From contig CAXXKM010000002.1 of assembly GCA_963664435.2 (NCBI GenBank), positions 96,001-160,000 of the forward strand: a stretch of 64,000 nt of DNA. The letters run 5' to 3'. Within the stretch, counting starts at the first letter, position 1, and every line of letters starts with the position of its first letter. The DNA is from Longimicrobiales bacterium. GTDB lineage: Bacteria; Gemmatimonadota; Gemmatimonadetes; Longimicrobiales; Gaopeijiaceae. Under the pieces are notes generated by a model, which was given only the letters and a program-made list of their open reading frames with translations, made no database searches and had not been told where the DNA came from. The position numbers and the translations under genes are program-made. Positions 59,301 through 64,000 of the stretch are shown here, piece after piece.

Positions 59301-59741
59301 CAGGTTGTCGTTGCCGCGCGTGATCTGCGTGGTGTCGGAACCGTCCGCGCTCAGGACCCAGAGGTTCTGCCCACCGCTCCGGTCCGAGACGAAAACGATT
59401 TCGCTCCCGTCCGGGCTGAAGCGCGGCTGGCTCTCGAACGCGGGGCCCGTGAGCAGCGGCGCCGCCGTCCCGCCCTCGATGGGCAGGGTGTAGAGGTCGC
59501 CGAGCAGGTCGAAGACCAGCGTCCGCCCGTCCGGGCTCACATCGACCGACATCCACGAGCCCTCTTCCGTGCGGAAGCGGACCTCGCGGGTCGGCTCCAG
59601 CGGGAGGGATTCGGTGGCGAGAGAGTCGGCAGCGCCGGCGGGTTGCTCCTGGGCGCGCGCCGCGTGCGGAGCAGGAAATGCCAGGCAGGCAGCCAGGATT
59701 GCCGCCGCCATCGTATCTCTCGAAAAAACACTGGACATCAT
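56334..59741 (-). CDS. PD40-repeat amidohydrolase
   Basis: SPDG repeats; PGFVDTHAH; GSHGQLQG; GKLADL. Start uncertain. Confidence 0.88.
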   Translation of the reverse strand: MMSSVFSRDTMAAAILAACLAFPAPHAARAQEQPAGAADSLATESLPLEPTREVRFRTEEGSWMSVDVSPDGRTLVFDLLGDLYTLPIEGGTAAPLLTGPAFESQPRFSPDGSEIVFVSDRSGGQNLWVLSADGSDTTQITRGNDNLYTSPEWSPDGDYLVASRTFSPLGGAAKPWLFHRGGGSGIALIDEPEQLKAIGPAFDPSGRYIYLAQGTRDWTYDAAFPKYQLIRYDRETGRQATVTGRYGSGFRPAVSPDGGTLVYGSRHEDATGLRARDLATGDERWLVFPVQRDDMESRATLDLLPGYAFMPDGSALVASYGGRIWRVPLDGSEPAAIPFAADVVVHAGPRLDFDYPVEDTPTFLVRQIRDVALSPDGGEVAFTALGDLYVMDADGGEPRRVGAGIEGALSHPAWSPDGETLAAVSWLEPGGGRLWAVSADDGDARQLSQASRYLQSPAWSPDGDRIVVLQSPVRSRLPGAGGGSQTDIVWYGSAAAGAPTVVAEALGRSRPHFRTDQSDRIYLHAGARGLVSVRWDGTDEREHLKVTGFSANRGGPPANASSIRMSPAGGRALARVGNDLYLVTVPQVGGEAPTVSVRNPSGAPVPVTRITDFGGEFLSWNSDGEGAVWALGNAYFRYDIDDAEAFADSVEAAGAAEEDGAGDPAAADPGPDEPADPAEDDPEAAGDDPERDDSDDARYQPVEVRVALDAPRDLPTGRLLLSGARLITMRGEEVIERGDILVDGNRIAALGPSGSLDVPEDAEVRDVSGMTILPGFVDTHAHLRPPAGVHTTQPWGYLANLAFGVTTTRDPQTGVSDVLTYADRVRSGDILGPRIYSTGPGVFGNYQAREGIRDLDHARDILRRYSEYYGTRTFKMYLAGNRQQRQWLVMAARELELMPTTEAGLDFQLDLTHAIDGYPGIEHNLPVYPLYRDVVRLFSETKVVNTPTLIVSFGGPMGEIYWFTRGGVHDNERLARFTPHETLDARTRRRAGAAGAVAWAMDEEFVFEDHARFLADVVADGGFAGVGSHGQLQGLGFHWELWMVASGGMSNHDALRSATIFGANGIGLETELGSLEPGKLADLAILSRDPLDDLRNSVSVEQVMVNGRLFEAGTLDEVWPRRRPLGYRGFVEDEP

Positions 59742-60147
59742 CGGGCTCGCAGGAATCGGGGTGGACGGGAATACCGCGGGAGGGCGGGCCGGGGGAATCG
59801 CCCAAAGGTTTGCACCACAGGCACGCGCGGCAACCGGCATCGGAGCCGCACGCGGCCACCGGAGATTGACTTATGTTCCACACCTGGCCGCGCCCGGGAC
59901 ATCAGGCCGGCGCCGGCTACCCCTGCAACCAGGAATCGATGAATTGACTACCGGACGGGTGGTCTCGACCCCCATCTCCCGCTTCGACCCCGAAGTGCCG
60001 CCTGAATCCGCGGAGGGGTTGCGAAGATACTTCTACGGCTTCGCGCACGCGGCGCGCATGCTGCACTACCGGCGACAGTCTCACGGCTAGACCAGCCGCG
60101 TCCGATCCGCGGCGGAAGATCCGCGGAGAACCGGCGGCGCCGAGCCT

Positions 60148-61485
60148 TTACGCGCCCCCGAGCGCCCCGTACACCAGCGCCCGCAGCTTCTGGTGATCGT
60201 CCAGGCCGGCGGCGGGGATGACCTGGGTGAAGTAGACGACCACCAGCCGCTCCACCGGGTCCACCCAATAGGCGGTGTGGTAGGCGCCGCCCCAGCCGTA
60301 GTCCCCGAGCGAGCCCGGCTCACCGGCCTCCCCCAGGTCGAGGCGCACGCTGAAGCCCAACCCGAACCCCATCCCCGGCGCGAACAGGTCGCCCACGTGG
60401 TTGCTGGTCATCAGCGCGACGCTCGCCGGAGAGAGGATGCGCGCGTCGCCGAGCGTGCCACCGTTCAGCATCGTCTGCAGAAAGCGGGCGTAGTCGCGCG
60501 CGGTGGAGAGCAGGCCGGCGCCGCCCGAGAAGCTCATCCGCGGCCCGTCCACGTACTGCCCCTGCGCATCCATTCCCTCGCCGTCGCCGGCCCGCACCAG
60601 CGCCCCCGGGATTCTGCGGTTGTAGACCGTCGCAAGCCGGTCCCGTTTCTCCGGCGGCAGGTAGAAGTGGGTGTCGCGCATGTCCAGCGGCTCGAAGATG
60701 CGCGAGTGCAGGAACGCCTCCAGGGACTGGCCCGAGACCTCCTCGACCAGCGCTCCCAGGATGTCGGTGTTGTAGCCGTAGACGAAGCGCTCCCCGGGCT
60801 GGGCCTGGAAGGGGAGCGACCCCATGCGATCGACCGTCGCGCGCACGAGTTCATCGCGGTGGGCGAAATACCACCCGGTGATCTCCGCCTCCCTCCAGCG
60901 ATCCGCCCCCGGCCCGCCCATGCCGTAGGCGATCCCCGCCGTATGGGTGAGGAGGTCGCGAACGGTGATCGGCCGTTGCGCCGCCACGACGTCGTACCCG
61001 CCGTCCGGCAGCGGTTCGGCCACGCTGGTCTCCGTGAACGCCGGCAGATACCGCCCGACCGGATCGGAGATCAGCAGCGCGCCTTCCTCCTGCAGCATCA
61101 ACACGGCCACGCTCACGATGGCCTTGGTCTGCGAGGCGATGCGGAAGATCGCATCCGGCCCCAGCGTCGCGCGCGCCTCGAGGTCGGCGAACCCGGTGGC
61201 GTGCTCGTACACCACCGCGCCGTCGCGAAGCACGGCGACGACCGCGCCCGGCAACCGCCCGTCGACGACGTACTCGTCCAGCATCGCGCCGACGCGCTCC
61301 AGGCGGCCGGGCGCGAACCCCGCCTCGGCGGGTGCGACGCGGGGAAGCTCCTGCGCGCGCGCCGCGGCCGGGCCCAGCGTCGCGAGGGCCGGGAGGGCGG
61401 CGTGCCCTGCGCACATCGCAAGGGAGAGCAACACCGCGGTTGCGCGCTTCGGTAGACGGCTGGCGGAGCGGCAGGAGCGAATCAT
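60148..61485 (-). CDS. Serine hydrolase (beta-lactamase class C-like)
   Basis: FRIASQTK (SxxK), LLTHTAG, Y.YN, WGG. Confidence 0.9.
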   Translation of the reverse strand: MIRSCRSASRLPKRATAVLLSLAMCAGHAALPALATLGPAAARAQELPRVAPAEAGFAPGRLERVGAMLDEYVVDGRLPGAVVAVLRDGAVVYEHATGFADLEARATLGPDAIFRIASQTKAIVSVAVLMLQEEGALLISDPVGRYLPAFTETSVAEPLPDGGYDVVAAQRPITVRDLLTHTAGIAYGMGGPGADRWREAEITGWYFAHRDELVRATVDRMGSLPFQAQPGERFVYGYNTDILGALVEEVSGQSLEAFLHSRIFEPLDMRDTHFYLPPEKRDRLATVYNRRIPGALVRAGDGEGMDAQGQYVDGPRMSFSGGAGLLSTARDYARFLQTMLNGGTLGDARILSPASVALMTSNHVGDLFAPGMGFGLGFSVRLDLGEAGEPGSLGDYGWGGAYHTAYWVDPVERLVVVYFTQVIPAAGLDDHQKLRALVYGALGGA

Positions 61486-61630
61486 GTCGGCGGATCCTTT
61501 CATGGGATATCTGGACGGGAGACGCATCCGCCGAAGCTTCCGGACGCGGGCGCGTGCGGGGAAATTGCGGGCCCAACGCGCGGCGGTTGGCGACGGACGA
61601 CGAGACCGTGATATTGGTTCGCTACGGATC

Positions 61631-63463
61631 ATGCCCGCAAATCACGCGGCGGAGATCGGCTTCCTCGCCGCCCCGGAGGATATCAGCGTGGATTCCAGAC
61701 GGCCCGTCGGCACATCGATTACGCTCTTCGCCGTGGCCGCCCTGGTCGCCGGCGCCTGCGCCCCCGCCACCCCGCCCGCGGTCGACCCCCCCGCCCCCGA
61801 ACTCGCCCCGGACGTTCCCCTCGAGCCCGGGGCCGTCATGAGCGTCCCGGAGCCGGATCCCGTTGACGCCGGGCGAGCCCCCCTGCCCGGCGAGTACACG
61901 GGCGCCTTCGACGTCCTCCACTACGACCTGGAGCTGTCGCTCCACGAGGACCGAAGCGACTTCGACGCCCGCGCGCGCATCGTGGTCTCGCCCCCCGCCG
62001 ACCCGGATACGCCGATGGAGTTCGACCTGGTGGGGCTGGCCGTTCACGCCATCGAGGTCGACGGCGTCCGCACCCCGTTCGAGTACGCCGACGGCAAGCT
62101 GCGCGTCTTCGCGCCCCCGAACGCGCCCGGCACCGTGGAGGTGGCCGTGGCCTACGGCGGCACCCCCGACGACGGCCTCATCCTGCGCGACAACGTGCAC
62201 GGCGACCCCGCGGCCTTCGCCGACAACTGGCCCAACCGGGCGCGCTTCTGGTTCCCGTCGGTCGACCATCCGAGCGACAAGGCGACGGTGGAATACACCA
62301 TCCACGCGCCCGCCGCGTGGCAGGTGATCGCCAACGGCACCATCGCCGCTCCCCCCGCCCCCACGTCCGACGACGACCTCGGGGGCGCGGCCGGCCGGCG
62401 CACCTGGCGCTGGACCACCTCGGTGCCCATCCCCAGCTACACCATGGTGGTCGGCGGCGCCGACCTCGCCGTCCGGCAGGTGGGACTGGCCGCATGCGAC
62501 AACTCCCCCGTCTCCCCGCGCAGCGACGGCTGCACCCGCGTCAGCTACTGGGTCTACCCGCAGGACACCGAGAACGCCGCCCGCATCTTCCGCCGCGCGG
62601 CCGAGATGGTCGACTTCTTCACCGACCTCATCGGCCCCTTCCCCTACGAGAAGATGGCCAACGTCCAGAGCGCCACCCGCTTCGGCGGCATGGAGAACGC
62701 CTCGGCCATCTTCTACAGCGAACGCAGCATCGCCGAGGGCCGCGACATGGAGGGCACCGTCTCGCACGAGATCGCCCACCAGTGGTTCGGCGACAGCGTC
62801 ACGGAGTCGGAGTGGTACGACCTGTGGCTCTCCGAGGGCTTCGCCACCTACTTCGGGGCACTCTTCTTCGAAGAGGCCGACGGACCCGAGGACTTCCGCG
62901 AAAGGATGGAGAACAGCCGCCAGCGCGTGCTCGCCTCGAGCGACGTCAACCGGCCCGTGGTCGATCCCGAGGAGGGCAACCTCTTCAACCTGCTGAACGC
63001 CAACAACTATCCGAAGGGCGGATGGGTGCTGCACATGCTGAGGGGCATGCTGGGAGACGACGTCTTTTTCGCGGGCATCCGCAGCTACTACGCGCGCTTC
63101 CGCGACGGCGTGGCGAGCACCTCGGACTTCCGCGCCGTCATGGAAGAGGCGTCCGGCTCCGACCTGGGCTGGTTCTTCGAGCAGTGGCTCTACCGGCCCG
63201 GATATCCGGTGGTCGCCGCCGAGACCACCTGGGACGCGGAGGCCGGCGAGGCGGTGGTCACCATCCGCCAGACGCAACAGGCCGACTGGCCCGCCTTCCG
63301 GCTGCCGCTGGACATCGAGTTCGAGGTTGGCGGCAACGCCGAACGCAGCCGCGTCGAGGTCACCGGCCGGGAACAGACGTTCCGCATCCCGCTCGAAGCC
63401 GCGCCTTCCGCAACGACCCTCGACCCTGAGGGCCATCTGCTCATGCAGACGGGCGGCAACTGA
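61631..63463 (+). CDS. M1 family aminopeptidase
   Basis: GGMEN, HEIAHQWFG...WLSEGFATY, YPKG. Start uncertain. Confidence 0.92.
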   Translation: MPANHAAEIGFLAAPEDISVDSRRPVGTSITLFAVAALVAGACAPATPPAVDPPAPELAPDVPLEPGAVMSVPEPDPVDAGRAPLPGEYTGAFDVLHYDLELSLHEDRSDFDARARIVVSPPADPDTPMEFDLVGLAVHAIEVDGVRTPFEYADGKLRVFAPPNAPGTVEVAVAYGGTPDDGLILRDNVHGDPAAFADNWPNRARFWFPSVDHPSDKATVEYTIHAPAAWQVIANGTIAAPPAPTSDDDLGGAAGRRTWRWTTSVPIPSYTMVVGGADLAVRQVGLAACDNSPVSPRSDGCTRVSYWVYPQDTENAARIFRRAAEMVDFFTDLIGPFPYEKMANVQSATRFGGMENASAIFYSERSIAEGRDMEGTVSHEIAHQWFGDSVTESEWYDLWLSEGFATYFGALFFEEADGPEDFRERMENSRQRVLASSDVNRPVVDPEEGNLFNLLNANNYPKGGWVLHMLRGMLGDDVFFAGIRSYYARFRDGVASTSDFRAVMEEASGSDLGWFFEQWLYRPGYPVVAAETTWDAEAGEAVVTIRQTQQADWPAFRLPLDIEFEVGGNAERSRVEVTGREQTFRIPLEAAPSATTLDPEGHLLMQTGGN

Positions 63464-63580
63464 AAGGGCCGGGACCGGCACCTGACCAGTAAACACTTGT
63501 ATTCGCGGCCCGGATGCGCGACCATGGCAGTTTCCGCCTTACCTACCAGAAGGCAAACATGAAATGAATGGAGACGGCTA

Positions 63581-64000
63581 TTGGCCGGGACCACACATCT
63601 CAGGTTTGAGCGCGACATCGCCGAGCTGCAGCGGCAGATCGATGGTCTTCGCGCGCTGGCAGACGAGAAGGGCATCGACGTGGTGCGGGAAATCGAGGTC
63701 CTTCGCAGCCGACTTGCGGCCATGACCGAGGAGACCTATCGGAACCTCGCCCCCATGGAGCGGGTGCAGGTGGCCCGCCATCCCAATCGCCCGTACATGC
63801 TCGACTATGTGGAGCGCCTCTTCACCGACTGGATCGAACTCCACGGTGACCGGAGCTATCGGGACGATCAGGCCATCGTGGCGGGCTGGGCGTGCCTGGA
63901 CGGACAGTCCCTCATGGTCATCGGCCAGCAGAAGGGCCGGGCCATGAAGGAGAACCTGCGCCGCAATTTCGGCATGCCCCACCCCGAGGGATACCGTAAG
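63581..64000 (+). CDS. accA: Acetyl-CoA carboxylase carboxyltransferase alpha (partial)
   Basis: Manual translation from TTG 63581 gives ...VQVARHPNRPY...ELHGDR...RNFGMPHPEGYRK. Confidence 0.93.
   Translation, partial: MAGTTHLRFERDIAELQRQIDGLRALADEKGIDVVREIEVLRSRLAAMTEETYRNLAPMERVQVARHPNRPYMLDYVERLFTDWIELHGDRSYRDDQAIVAGWACLDGQSLMVIGQQKGRAMKENLRRNFGMPHPEGYRK

Noticed and set aside
1..64000. CRISPR array, tRNA or rRNA genes
   Set aside because: No regularly spaced repeat-spacer series or recognisable stable-RNA sequence seen by eye.

Overview
GC-rich bacterial DNA; a Gemmatimonadota-like lineage is my impression only, not tested. The left arm (1-14.5 kb) carries an arginine operon (argR, a DUF1611-like gene, argC, argD, argB), a deoxyhypusine-synthase-like gene, a GMC oxidoreductase pair, a BNR-propeller/MoaD-like pair and NHEJ genes (ligD, ku). 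The right arm (46-64 kb) carries hydrolases, a rhomboid, ggt, an MFS transporter, an M1 peptidase and the start of accA. The centre is a three-layer nested mobile structure that can be reconstructed base-for-base. (1) A ~29.7 kb tyrosine-recombinase element, bounded by the 9-bp repeat GTGTCCAGC, splits an NCS2 permease gene. (2) A ~16.7 kb sibling element, bounded by the 11-bp repeat CTGCCGCTTCG, sits inside the first element's integrase gene. (3) A frameshifted IS630 sits in the sensor kinase of the inner element. The two elements share terminal motifs and two ~260-280 bp structured non-coding repeats but use unrelated crossover cores. Inner cargo is a Cys-rich secreted peptide, TonB-dependent receptor, lipoprotein, beta-propeller, thioredoxin-like protein and two-component system. 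Outer cargo includes Ig-repeat surface lipoproteins, one apparently switched off by a poly-C tract. Family assignments come from motif recognition, not database searches.
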